This document shows positions 1 through 12,280 of a DNA stretch of 64,000 nucleotides, piece by piece. The stretch is from positions 186,001 to 250,000 of the forward strand of contig JANJGN010000210.1 in the NCBI GenBank assembly GCA_026770705.1, written 5' to 3'. This DNA is from Isurus oxyrinchus. Lineage: Eukaryota. The notes beneath the pieces were generated by a model. That model worked only from the letters and a program-made list of their open reading frames with translations, was not told the DNA's origin and did no database searches. How positions within the stretch are numbered: position 1 is the stretch's first letter; every line of letters begins with the position of its first letter. The position numbers and the translations under genes are program-made.

Positions 1-280
1 TTTAGTAAACTAGGAAAGTCACAGGCCTGAGTTTTGGATAATCTCAAAATGTATATTTTTATCTCTGCGTTTTTCTCCCTGACATGTGGGGTGAAATTGG
101 TCTTGCACAACCGTGCAAAACGGCTCTAAACAACCTGCCACCAGTTTGCATCCTGCTTCACTGACGTGTCAAGTGAAGAAAATCGGACTGGATGTAAAAT
201 CCACAGCCAGTTTGTGATCGCCAGGCTTGTGTGACCAGCCCCTCCAATCATGTCCCGCCCTCCTTTAGAGGTTTCTCCTT

Positions 281-700
281 AAGAACATAAGAAATGGGAA
301 TAGGGAGGGCCAAGCAATTCCTCCAGCCTGCACTTCATTTAATACAATCGTGACCGAACTTCTATATCAAAGCCACGATTCTGCTCTGTCCCTTTATCCA
401 CTAACTCCCTTAGTGCCCCAAAATCCATCAGCTTCAAACTTGAATATGCTCAGTAATTGAATGCCTACAGTCCGCTAGCATGGAGAGTCCAAAAATTGGT
501 AACTCTTAAATTTCTCATCATCCAAGACCCACATTCCTTATCCTGAAACTATGACCCTTAGTTACCCACTATCTAGATGAAGAAACATCTTCTCAGTGTC
601 TGCTTGTCGAGTTCCCAAAGAAATTGAAACATTTCGATGAGATCACTTCTCATGCTCCGAAACTCTGAGACTAGAGGCCCATTCTACTCAATCTTCACCC
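281..700 (-). mobile_element. CR1-type LINE 3' end fragment, degenerate
   Basis: AAGAACATAAGAA tail followed by typical CR1 3' UTR/RT C-terminal sequence on the reverse strand. Confidence 0.6.
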
Positions 701-984
701 TGTCTCTCTGGCGCAAAACAGATCTGTCCCAGTTCCTTCCTCTGGATACCGAAGGATAGCGTAAAGTGACCTGGTGGATTTGCAAGTCAGTAAAGGTCAC
801 AGTTGAACACCTGAAATTGCAATGCATTACTTGGTGATGCACATTTACATGGGCCATTAAGGTATTTCAAACAAATGTGCTAACAGCTGTAAGGAATCAT
901 TTACACACCAATGTTAAACATTCAAGAAGAAAATTCACCATCGGCAGATCTGTCTTCCTGTGTATATTCCAAGTTCTCTTTACG

Positions 985-1970
985 GGAACATATTTGCCCT
1001 GTATTCCGGCTATTCCCCCATTGGATTCCCAATGCTCTGACACAGTTTTCCCTGCTCAAAGCTGCTTCCAGTCCACTTGGGCGAAATCATATCTCATCTT
1101 AGTAAAGTCAGCCTTTCTCCAGTTTAGAACTTTTATTCCTGGCCCAACCTTATACTTTTCCATATATATCCTAAATCTAACTGAGCAATGGTCACTATCC
1201 CCAAAATGCTCCCCTACTGATACGCTTTCCACCTGCCTGGGCTCACTTCCGAACATTAGGTCCAGAACTGCCCCTTTCCTTGTTAGGTTTTTTACATACT
1301 GCCTAAAAAATGTTCTCCTGGATGCAACTTAAGAATTTTGCTCCCTCCCTAACTTGCAGACCAAAACTCTCCCAGTTAAAATTTGGGTAGTAAAAATCTT
1401 CTACTATTGCTGTCTTACTATTTTTACACAGCTCTGAAATTTGATTAAATATTTGATCCTCTATGTCTCCCTAACTATTTGGGGGCCTATAGTACACACC
1501 CAACAGCGTGTTTGCCCCTTTTGTGTTTTTTCAGTTTTACCCATTTGGCCTCATTTGATGATCCTTCAAGGATATTATCTCTCTTCATTGTTATAATTCA
1601 TTTCTTGATCATTATTGCGGCCCGCCATTCTCTTCTACCCCCCTCTTGATCTCGTCTGAATACCCTATAACCAGGAATGTTGAGCTGCCAATCCTCCACT
1701 TCTTTTAGTCAAGTGTCGGTCATAATTATGATATCATATTGCCAGGTGTCTGTCTATGCCCTCAGCTCGTCTGTCTTATTCCTCAGGCTCCCTGCATTAA
1801 AATATATTCAATTTAGCCTGGCTAAACTCTCTTCTATCTTATCTAGCCTATGATCTTCGCTGCCTTCCAGACTCACTTACTAGCGTTTTAACTTCTAATT
1901 CCATCTCAGCTTCTCTCCCCGTTGAACTACATTTCAGGATCTCATCACCCTGCCAATTTAGTTCAAATCC
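985..1970 (-). mobile_element. CR1 LINE ORF2 endonuclease-region fragment
   Basis: ORF 1056-1256 reads VGEHFGDSDHCSVRF...KVLNWRKADF, the SDH motif of LINE APE domains. Confidence 0.8.
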
Positions 1971-2264
1971 AATTCAATTTAAATGAATTCATCGCTACAT
2001 TGAGAGTCACAGAGCCATTCCTGAAAGATCACAACAAAACACTACACTCAACAACAAGAGGTTAGGAACGTTGCCAGAATTATATTATTTGATTTCAATT
2101 TGCACTTATAATATAACCAACCATTATAAGTTTATTTACTTCAATTTACATAATGTATTTTACTGCAGTTTCTGAGCCTGACTGTAATATTGAGCAACCC
2201 TTCCCCACAGCCCTTGTCAGTGTCCTACATACTTTGGCTGCAGCCTGTTCACGGACTTCATTTA

Positions 2265-3010
2265 GAACCATAGAACCATAGGAAAGTTACAACAGAGGAG
2301 CACATTCGGCCCCTCTTGTCCATGCCAGCCCGAGGACACCCAGGTGCCCTTTCTAATCCCATCTTCCTGCACCAGACCCATACCGCTGCAGCTTGCAGCA
2401 CTAAAGGTGCAGATCCAGGTACTTTTAAAAAGAGTTTAGAGTTTCTGCCTCTATCACCAACTTGGGCAGCGAATTCCAGACACCCACTACCATCTGCCTA
2501 AAAAAGTTCTTCCTCATGCCCCCCTACATCCTCTGCCACTTATCTTGAATCTATGTTCCCTGGTTCTAGAATTCTCCACCAAGGGAAACAATTTTATCCT
2601 GTCCACTCTATCTATTCCCCTCATAATTTTGTACATCTCAATGAAGTCACCTCTCAGCCTTCTTTGTTCTAAGGAAAATAACCCCAAACTATCCAATCTC
2701 TCCTCGTACATACACTTTTTCAACCATGGCAACATTCTTGTAAACCTCCTCTGCACTGTCTCCAGATCTATTACGTCCTTTCTGTAATGTGGTAACCAAA
2801 ACTGCACACAATACTCCAGTTGTGGCCTCACCAGTGTTTTATACAATTCCAACATTATATCCTTACCTTTATATTCTATACCTCTGCAAATGAACGAGAG
2901 CATTCCATATGCCTTCTTTACAACCTTGTCTGCTTGAATGCTGCCTTCAGAGACCTGTGTACTTGTACGCCAATATCTCTCACTTCATCTACCCCTCTCA
3001 GTATATTCCC
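2265..3010 (-). mobile_element. 5'-truncated CR1 LINE (RT C-terminus + 3' tail)
   Basis: ORF 2514-2903 LYKTLVRPQLEYCVQFW...LGLFSLEQRRLRGD; tail (AGAACCAT)n; absent at the paralogous site near 28800. Confidence 0.9.
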
Positions 3011-3671
3011 ATTTAAGCAGGGCGTGTTGCTGAGTTAGAGAGTATTTATACAAAATGAACAGATTTCACAAGGTAGTGCCTGTGATCTTTAAAGCAAACC
3101 CCAGATATAGATGAGCTTTAGAATATTTCCTTAACGCTGGAATGTTTTCTGTCACCATTAACAATCCAGAGTTTGCTGGCGACAACGAACAGACGAGGAT
3201 TACTCCACCCTCCCCACGCCCTCCCCCCCAGCCCCATCTCCACAAGTGCAGCCATTCCCCTGTTAGAGCACTGACTGTAATCCAGCTCGCGGTGTTTCCA
3301 GTCAGTGTCAGTCACCTCACGACCGATGGATCGCCCAGGCCCGCGGAGACACAAAGTGAAGAGAGAGCATCCTGAGACACGAAAGCAAATTATTGGGGGT
3401 GGGGATTAGAACGCGCGTCTTCGAATCTGATTCTCTGATGGTCTCTAGGTCGAATCGGATTCTACAGTTTGTGTTCCGGCCGTTCCTGGAAATAGTTGAT
3501 GACAGTTTGATCCGAAGTTAATTTGGTTCCCTCTCGGTGTGTGCTTGAGCTGCTGACAGCGTGGGTGCGCCTTGCAGCTGCGATTCTACACAAGCCCCAA
3601 CAGACTGGAACTCCTTTTCACAGCGAAAAGGCAGTTTTTGTACAGGGGTGAGACTGTTTTCCATCACCGTG

Positions 3672-4137
3672 AGTCTATGGGCGCAGTAATACACGGCAGC
3701 GTTAGTCAGCCGCAGACCCTTGATGATCAAGCTGGTGAATTTGCTCGCGGTTTGGAGCTTGACTGAGAAACGGCTTTTGGCAAAATCAGCTTTATCTTCA
3801 GCACCGGCCGAATGTTTCCACCATATAAACTCGGGCTGCGAATCTGGGTGTTTCCGGTGCCAGTATAAATAATAGCCGCTCATTGTAGTGTCATAGGTAC
3901 AGCTTAAAGTCACCGCATCTCCTTCTGTCTTTACACCTGAGGACAGCAGCTGAGTGACAGAATCTCCATGACTCAGATCTGAAAAACATGTTCAAGCTGA
4001 AAAAGATCAGGTCGAGGACTGGTTAAAATTCACGTTTAAATAATTCTTGAAAAATGAGAGAAAACATAAAATACGTGTGGTCCACAATTATCTGTCAGAA
4101 ATGGTCCCCAAACAACCCAGATGCGGAGTAGCCGCAT
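3672..4137 (-). pseudogene. TCR alpha/delta V segment (family A), open V exon but mutated leader splice donor
   Basis: Leader 4092-4137 MRLLRIWVVWGPFLT with donor GT->AT; V exon 3672-3978 DSVTQ..VTLSCTYD..LYWHRK..AAVYYCAHRL; RSS CACGGTG-23-ACAAAAACT at 3633-3671. Confidence 0.85.
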
Positions 4138-5556
4138 TGTCGCTGTCCGCTCTGTGAAAGGGGAGTTGGTTATTTGAAGATACCCGTTCTAAACCCCAGC
4201 CTTAATAATCTGCTGTCCTGTCTCAGGATGTTCTCATCTCAGTACCTGTGCCCCCAGTGGTGATGTCTGGACGCCAGTTGGTGAGCTGGCTCCCAATGCA
4301 TTGAAACATCCCGAACTGGGCTACAGTCAGTGTTCTTATAGGCGAAATGGTTTCGCAGTTAGACACGTGAGGCAGGAGACTGAAACCCTTGTTTAGTTAC
4401 TGTAACCGGGAACATAAGGTTGCTGATAGTGTTTGTTATTCTGGCGTGAATTCTTCAGCTCCAGTTCCAGTAGTCTTACCAACAGGACACAGGTAACCGT
4501 GACTCCAGTGAGGTTTCCCTCCTCAATCAATAAAATAGTGAACTAACAATCATTTCGCATTTTTCCAGAGTGGTTTTTAGATCCGTGATGTTGAAAGGAT
4601 GATATCTGCTGTTACTGAATATACAACTGAGTAAAATAAATAATAAACTCTGGCTGTAATTTAATCAATGTTACCAGAACTGCCCTCTTTTTTAAAGTTT
4701 GCATTTAAAATTCTGTTTCAGTTTGTTCTATTGAATTCTGACATCAGTTGTGTCCGTGATGATTAATCTAAGCATCCATAATCTACAAAATTAGAGGATT
4801 AAAATTTGTGACGAGAGAGAATTTGGGGTCCGCCGCATCTGTGTTTTTTTTTGCAATTTGCCTCTCATCAGTTTAAAGTATTTGGGAACAGAGCGCAGCG
4901 AGCGGGTTCAAAGCCTCCAGAGTGAAGTGTCGAGCGGGTTTTCATGAACAGGAACACAACACCAGCAGGACTGTTTTTACAACTTTAGCAGGGTTAGAAA
5001 AAAGCAGTGGAGCTGAAAAAGAAATAAACCACATAAGTTTTTAGTTTGTCTTGCGTTCCTTTAACACCCATTTCCACCATTGGTGCAGTTAGAATTATTG
5101 CGATCGGACGCCCTCTTTTGGGCGCTCTCAGAAATTTTCGGGCGCCGTTCATCAGGTTACAAGAGATTCTGTGTTTCAGCACTGACCTGATGTGACAATT
5201 CATTTTCGTAGATTGTTCGTTTGAGCGGTCCCGACTTAATATTCTGAGCAGAAGCAAAGGTTTTATATAATTAAACTAAAGGCTACAACAAGGATGGAGG
5301 AAGTGTTCTGAGTAAAAAGTGAAGACAAGTCATGAAAGGCAAGGGAAAGGCAAAATACATTAAAAGGCAAAAGGCCAGTTCAGGTTCGACAGGTGTATCT
5401 GTAAATTTTATTTTTATTATAGGTGTGAGCTTTTGAAATAATTTTACAAGTGGAACTCGCCTGCTCTTGTTCAGTGTTGTGCTTCATTTCAGTTTTTAAA
5501 AATCCCTGTGAATCTCACGTGGTGACTGATTTAGTGCATTCGTTTTATCTGTGCGG

Positions 5557-5573
5557 CAGCGCCCTCTAGTGAC
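5557..5573 (-). promoter_or_regulatory. CTCF-like motif about 22 bp beyond the RSS nonamer
   Basis: GTCACTAGAGGGCGCTG matches the vertebrate CTCF core consensus CCA(C/G)(C/T)AG(A/G)(G/T)GGC(A/G). Confidence 0.6.
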
Positions 5574-5635
5574 TCTAACCGGAACTCCCAGTGTGGGTTT
5601 TTGTACAGTATCCGCTGTACCTCTGCAGCACTGTG

Positions 5636-6092
5636 GGGCTCATGGCACAGAAATACATGGCGGTGTCGGAGAACAGGGCATTGCGAGTCGTTAACTCAGT
5701 AGCTTTGGCAGCTTTACTAAACGTAGAAGAGAATTGGTCTGTAAAGTTTGGCTTCCGCTTTGCTATCCCCCCACAGAGGTAAATCACAAACTGTGGGGTC
5801 TGCCCGGCTGCTGACTGTAACACTGGGCGAGGATCACTTGTTTTCAAGATGCAGTTTATGGCGTCATTCCCTTCCACTTTAACTATCATTTCAGGTACCG
5901 CCTGCTCCACTGAATCGTCATGACTCCAGTCTAACATAGACAATGACGATATTTAACGTTGCATCATCAGGACAAGCATTTTGCCATAAATAATGATTGA
6001 GATACGGCAGCGAGGGGGAGAATTAATTTGTACTAGGAAATATACTTTCTGAGAAGTGACATCATAACGAGTGGTCTGAGATAGTCCCACAT
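5636..6092 (-). pseudogene. TCR alpha/delta V pseudogene (family B)
   Basis: Leader 6050-6092 with donor GTAAGT->GAAAGT; V exon 5636-5930 lacks the conserved FR2 Trp (compensated frameshift); ends DTAMYFCAMSP; RSS CACAGTG-24-ACAAAAACC at 5596-5635. Confidence 0.85.
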
Positions 6093-6855
6093 GATGCTCC
6101 CTGCATCTGTTACTCTGTTGTCCATGAATCCTCTGTTAGGGTAGAAATAGAGGTCTCCTCCCCACTGGACTCCTGATCCAACCAATGTCAAACAGGGAAA
6201 AGGGGCAACAATCTCTCCAATAAAACAGGGCAGGCAAGGCAGGTCAGAGCGAGAACAGCAAAAGGAAGCTGTGCGCGGGGCTACTGCAGGCAGTGTTGTC
6301 ACACGTAGGATTTATCTACAAGGAACTGAACTCAATAATAATCACAGCATTGAAAATTATATAACTTTTCCTGTGTGTAAGAACTGTAGCTTAATCTTTA
6401 TTCCATATTGCTGGCCAGCAGGCTCGCAAACGCAGTGCCAGAGTTAGTAAATTATTCAATAGTAAGCGTCATCTTCATCAGCGATGCGGATTGAAACCAG
6501 GGCCTAATACATGAGCAACAGGATTCGGAGTGGTTCTGAATTAATGTATAAGATTGTAGAAAAAGCTTTAAACGTTTATATTGGAGAGGGAAAAAGGAAA
6601 TGTACGCAGTTTTCAGAAAAGACTGAAGAAACGAATGGTAAGAAGCATTTAAGAAGGGAAAGGTGTCGAAAACCAAATAAGGCATCACAGACCGAATTTT
6701 CAACCTCATATCTATTAAAAATACAAGGTGCAATCACAAACCAATATGACTGTGCAAGTGGACCTCACCTGCTGCTGCTATTGAGTCCTGTGTTTTGTTG
6801 CAATTTTCAGAATCGCCCTGACGCTCTCACTGTGGAAACTGAATTACCGGTGTGT

Positions 6856-6873
6856 GCGCGCCCTCTGGTGAAC
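6856..6873 (-). promoter_or_regulatory. CTCF-like motif about 22 bp beyond the RSS nonamer
   Basis: GTTCACCAGAGGGCGCGC. Confidence 0.6.
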
Positions 6874-6895
6874 ACATGCTGGAACTGCCAGTGAG

Positions 6896-6935
6896 GGTTT
6901 TTGTACGGGATCCGCTATATCTCTGCAGCAGTGTG
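6896..6935 (-). other. RSS with 24-nt spacer
   Basis: CACACTG-24 nt-ACAAAAACC. Confidence 0.85.
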
Positions 6936-7440
6936 GGCTCCATGGCACAGAAATACACGGCGCTGTCGGGGGTCAATGTGTTACTGATCGTTAGCTCGGT
7001 AATCTTGTTATTTTTATGAAAAGTAGAAGAAAATCGATCATTGAGGTCGGTGCCCCTTTGCACACTCTGGCCAATAAGACGAAACATGTACATTGGGGGT
7101 TTCCCGGGGCGCTGACTGTACCAGTGCACATAAGGGTTAGAATCACTTGTTTTCAAGGTGCAAATTAGTGTGACATTACTTTCCTCTTCAGCAGTTATTT
7201 CGGAAACCGGCTGCTCCACTGTGTCTTGATGACTCCATTCTAACAGAAATAATAATAAAGACAACAATCAGTATCAGCCCCATTTTAATCAACATAATCA
7301 TCACCAACACCACCATTATTATTTTACCAGCAATAACATCTGGGTTATAGCTGTCAGGAGGAGAATGGAGTTTTACTGGGAAGGAAATACTTACTGAAAA
7401 GTGACATAATGATGAGGATAGGAGCGAGACTGTTCCCCAT
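6936..7440 (-). CDS. TCR alpha/delta V segment (family B), apparently functional
   Basis: Leader 7395-7440 MGNSLAPILIIMSLF with GTAAGT donor; AG acceptor; V exon 6936-7239 with Cys23, HWYSQ and DSAVYFC intact. Confidence 0.92.
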
Positions 7441-8029
7441 GATACTTCCTGAGTCAGTAACTCTGCAGAGCCAGAAGTCCCCTGTCGGAGCAGAAGTACA
7501 GATCCCCGTCCCACTACACTGCTGATCCAGCCAATGACAGGAATGGACCAGCAGTAGCAACCTCTTGAATAGCACAATCAGGTCAGAGCGACAGCAGCAA
7601 ACGGAAGCATTGGGCGGTGATCCGCAGACTTAAAGCCGAGCGAAATGTGCTGTGACTCTCAGCTGCACTCGGAACTGATGGAGCAGAAATGGCGATGGTT
7701 GAGTCTCCAGAAGTTCCTCACCATTCTGCACCTGCTCACTGTAGAAGTGACTGAGAACAAATAGAGTAGGAGGGACAGGAAGAGACTCGAATCATGGAAT
7801 CTGAGAGCAAGCAATGGCTGATGGGAACCTGCTTCCTTGACCGTGGTGGATGTTGTGTGAGTTGGACCTGCTTTCGGCTAGAAAGCTGAAGAAGAGGATT
7901 TACAGAGAACAGTCCCGGTTTCTCTGAGCCCCTCACCCATGGTACGATTCTGATGTATCGCTTTCACACTTTCTCCAAAGGCCTTACATTCTTTTCTAAT
8001 TCATGGTGCTCAGGATTGGACACTGCAAT

Positions 8030-8345
8030 GGGGTGCCCCTGGCAAAGCCAGCATTTGCTGCTCAAGCCTAACTGTCCGCAAACTCCATATTTCGGAGTCA
8101 ACCACATTGCTGTGGGTCTGGAGTCACATGTAGGCCAGATCAGTTAAGGATAACAAATTTCCTTCCCTACATTCCTTACAATAATGGATGATAGTTTCAT
8201 TGTCACCATTACTGAGATTGTTTTATATTCCAGATTAATTAATTGAAATTAAATTCCAGCAGCCGCCATGGTGGGACTTGAACCCATGCTCCCAGAGCAT
8301 TTTCCTAGGCCTCTGAATTGTTAGTCCAGTGATATTATTAATACT
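8030..8345 (-). mobile_element. HE1-type shark SINE
   Basis: GAGTCAACCACATTGCTGTGGGTCTGGAGTCACATGTAGGCCAGA core; related copies at about 15075-15290, 37500-37720, 46360-46580, 55440-55610, 56470-56680. Confidence 0.7.
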
Positions 8346-8734
8346 CCACTATGTCCCCACATTTGTCATCACTTTCTGGCATTAGCATGAGAAACAACAC
8401 TGACTGTTTAATCAGGTCCAAACTAGACTTCTGAGAGACATTATCTGACATTCGCGCTTTAACATGTAAATCAAGAAATCCAATATCTAGTCGATGACCC
8501 CATTCTAAACCGGACTGAACAGAATTCACCAGCAGAGGGCTCCAAGGGCATCGCCAATTCACGTGTCACCAACGGTAAAGTCAATAGTGATGGTTTCCTG
8601 AGTGAGGTCACAATGGGCCTGGCCCCCTGCAGTATGTGTGTGGAACAATGAGCTGAACAGATTGCGGGTGAGGGAACTCATTCTCAACCTCTGACTCATT
8701 CCGTTCACATTCACTGACAGAGATTCAATCAGAC

Positions 8735-9249
8735 ATGTTTCTGATAATATTAGCTGCTCTCGATTATGGTAATCAAGACACGTTAGCAGATTGATGCAAT
8801 TGCAGCTTGTACAGGAATTTAATGCTGTTAGCGGTCCTACATATGCATATTATGGATAGTTGGGAGGTGGGAATTCATACAAATTCACACAGCTAGACAC
8901 AGAATTAGATCAATCCTGTTTAATCTCCTGCTCTTTTGTTCCTCTTTCTATCACAGATGGACAATGTGCAGATCCAGTAACACAATCTCCAGTGGCAATA
9001 AACGTGTCAGAAGGGGTTTGGTGAAGTTATGTTGCCTAGCATCGGCAAAAAAAGCCTCGAAGCTGGATCATTAGCAAAGCAACAACACTAAAGTGATTCA
9101 AAATCTCAGGACGATATCTGGTGGCTGCTGACAAGTCTAAACAGTCCAGTTACCTCAATATAAATGGACTGAGTGTGGTGGGCGGGCCGGTCAATTACTA
9201 TGCAGTGAGGCACGGCGAAAGATAACAGCCAAGATCCCGTACAAAAACC
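8735..9249 (+). pseudogene. TCR V pseudogene (family C, paralog of the 20.2 kb V)
   Basis: Leader ATGTTTCTGATAATA without its donor; V exon 8957-9210 with deletions and stops; RSS CACGGCG-23-ACAAAAACC at 9211-9249. Confidence 0.85.
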
Positions 9250-9799
9250 TGAGTATTCCAGGTTTATTCGGGGCTCTTTGGCTCTTTTACATGCGGGATT
9301 CCTGACCCCAAGCCAACTGAGATCAAATATTGGCTGGTTGGCTTTTCAAGCAGTTTTACTGCTGTTGTTGCCCTTGCTCACATCAAAGGGAACCGGTCTG
9401 GGAAATCTTGAGCCATTTCTCTATGTCCACAGCTCTCTCTCTCTTCGGTAAGTGTCTCCAAGTTCACCCGAAATATTAATATGTGAACAGAGGCAGAGAA
9501 AGCTTTTTGGATGTACAGCAATGAAAGCCTAAAAGTATGAACCTCTCTTCCAGACCTCTAAGTCAGACAAACCCGGGGAGATACTGCGCCACTCGTTCCT
9601 GTAACAAAATACAGAATTTGCCAAAGTCGGGGATTGGATGTAACATGAAATATGCAATGACTATTTGAACATACAGTCGCCATATAACATCCCCAGAAAG
9701 GAACGTGGGGTGTTTCGGGTTTCGATTTTGACAGGAAATAACTGAATTTTAAAGTTTTTTTTGATAGTTTTCTTCTGATGTTAAAGAATAAACATGAAC

Positions 9800-10085
9800 T
9801 AGGGGCAGGCTTCACATATTGGGATGCCGAGGGGGAGTATAATATGTAAGAAAGCTCTCTGATACTGGCACAGGTTACAAACGGTCATATGAATAAACAT
9901 AAGAGGTGCCTTTTTTGCCAGTCGCTTGAAAGTAAAGATCTCGGGGATTCCCCGGATACCGGATGTACCAGAACAATGTTGAATCAGTTTTCGATTAACT
10001 GTGCAGCTCAAAGTAAAGATCTGCCTTTCCTGAAGTATTACTAAAGGCGGATTCCGGGGCACCCATTCAGCCCTGTTTATCTTCA
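9800..10085 (-). pseudogene. Degenerate V relic
   Basis: VILQERQIFTLSCTV followed by frameshifted LFWYIRYPG; related sequence at about 28170-28480 and 34400-34560. Confidence 0.55.
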
Positions 10086-10619
10086 GAATGAGTGAATTGT
10101 CTGGGTAAAAATATAACTATTGAAACGCATACATGCATTGATCATTTGAACATAGACTCTCTGAGCAACACGAAAAATAGTAAGAATAATATGAACGAGA
10201 AGAATGCGAAATAATAATGCAAGCGAATCCTTCAGTAATTTAAGGCATTACTGAATTCCCAGGCAGTTTCCATTTACCTCACAGGGACACGAGAGGGCGC
10301 TGCATCATCGTTTTTGGATGTTGCCTGCAGCAGATCAGTCAAAAGACCACAAGGGCCTAGGGAATGAGGAAGGCCTTTCGTCCCATCTTATTTCGCCTGT
10401 CTAGAAATGCCCCGCACCCCGACAGGTTCCTCTGGTAAATACAAAACTAATTCCTCGATTTTGAATTCTGTTACTCGGGAATGCTCAAGAGGGCAGAATT
10501 GGAATAACACAGAGATCTTGGAGGATTGTGGAGCTCAAGGAGATGATAGAGATCGGGCGGGGCGCGGCCATGGGGAGAGAGATTTGAAATCAATGATGAG
10601 AATTTTAAAATCAGTATGT

Positions 10620-11280
10620 TGCTGGGGTCGGAATTAATGTAGGTCAGGGAGCATAGGGTCTATTAACGAAACAGGACTTGCTGATAGTCAAGTCACTGAC
10701 GGCCGATGTTTTAATGAGACACAGTTTACTGAGAATGGAATGTTGGAGACCAGACAGGAACATCTTGCAGTTGCTGAGTCGAGAGGTAACCAAGTTGTAG
10801 TTGGGGGTTTCACAAGCAGATGGGCTGAGACGGGGCAAAGTGCGGCGCCTAAATGGAGGTGGAAAAAGGCGGTCTCAGAAATGGCACAAAGATGAAGTTG
10901 GAAACTCATCTCAGGATTAAATGTGACAGCAAAGTTGCAAATAAACTGGCTTAATATCACAACGTTGCCATGGAGAAGGATGGCGTCTTTAACTAGGAAA
11001 TGGAGATTGAATCGGGGACTGAAAACAGTGGATTCAGTCTTCCCAACATTTGTTTGGAGAAATTTCTGCTCGTCGGGACTGGAAGTTGGATAAGCATTGT
11101 GATAATTTAACAGCAGGGAAGAGGTCGACAGTGGTGGCGGTGGTGAGGTAGAGTTTCGTGTTGTCAGCGTACATGTAAAAACTGAGGTTGTATTTTCAGA
11201 TGACACCGCCAAGGGGCAGCATGTAGATCCTAAATAGAAGGGTACCAAGCAGAGATCCTTGGGGGGCAACAGATGAGCAG
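10620..11280 (-). mobile_element. L2/CR1-group LINE RT C-terminal fragment
   Basis: ORF 10688-11269 ..TNVGKTESTVF..NFAVTFNPEMSFQLH..ETAFFHL. Confidence 0.7.
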
Positions 11281-11499
11281 GAGAAAAAAAACATTACAAG
11301 TGAATCTCTGGCAACTGTTTGAGTGACGATCCATCTCTTGATCTTAGATCTAAACTTACATTTTACTGGATTGAATCTGTATCAACTTGCAATATATTTC
11401 AAGGGAAACTCTTGCCAGATGACGTGCTGTTTTAACTCCCTATGTTACTGATTTAATTCCCTTTCCTGGTATTCATGCTTTCATTTTAATCACTGTCTT

Positions 11500-11910
11500 C
11501 CGCATTGTCTCTTCCTCTGTTTCTCCCACTGACTCTTCATTCGTTTCTTTACATTTATCAGATTCTATGTGTTCCTCCCTTCTCGTACCTTCATCTAGTT
11601 CCCTCCTTGCTCTGTCGTTTCTCTCAATATCTCTCCCTCTTTGTAACTCGTTGTCTCTCCCACATTTTCAATCTTCCTTCATTTCTCTTTTATTCTTTCT
11701 CTGTCTCTGCCTCGGCCTATCTCCCTGTACTTCCCTCTTTCCTGCATGTCCCTCTTTACTTGTTGTTCTCTCTGTTTTTCTCAATTTCTCTCCTTCATTT
11801 CCTCCTCTTATCTCTGTTTCCCTTTCTGCCTCTCCCTCAGTCTTTCTCCTAGTATCTCTTTCTGTATTGCTGTCTCCATCTCTCCATCAGTCATTTCCCC
11901 TATGTCGCTC
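11500..11910. repeat. CT-rich low-complexity tract
   Basis: Pyrimidine-rich degenerate (CT)n. Confidence 0.8.
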
Positions 11911-11929
11911 CCTGTTTCGTGAGCAATGG

Positions 11930-12280
11930 ATCTCTCAAAGTGCTTTACAGCCACTGAAGCAGTTTTGAACTGTAGCTGCTGTTGCCGTATAAGAAACTTT
12001 GTAGCCAGAATGCGCACAGCAAGATTCCACCAGCAGTAATGTGATAATGACCAGCTAATTTCTAATTATGGTGTTGAGTGAGGAATAAACATTGTCCAGG
12101 ACATTGGGGATAATTTCCCTTCTTCAGAATGCTGCCAGGAGTTCAATTACATCCACCAGAAATGACAGCTGGGACCTCTATTTGAAGCTTCGCCCGAAAG
12201 ATGGCATCTCAGATAGTGAAGGAATCTCTCAGTAATATACAGGATTTGCAGCCTTGACTTTGTATTCAAGTCCTGCAGTG
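11930..12280 (-). mobile_element. Deu-domain SINE (SacSINE1/AmnSINE-like)
   Basis: CAAAGTGCTTTACAGCCACTGAAG...GCACAGCAAGATTCCACCAGCAGTAATGTGATAATGACCAG. Confidence 0.65.

Noticed and set aside
877-1332. 151-aa ORF
   Set aside because: Antisense frame of a CR1 fragment
11505-11968. Hydrophobic ORFs resembling membrane proteins
   Set aside because: Low-complexity CT-rich tract with no gene structure
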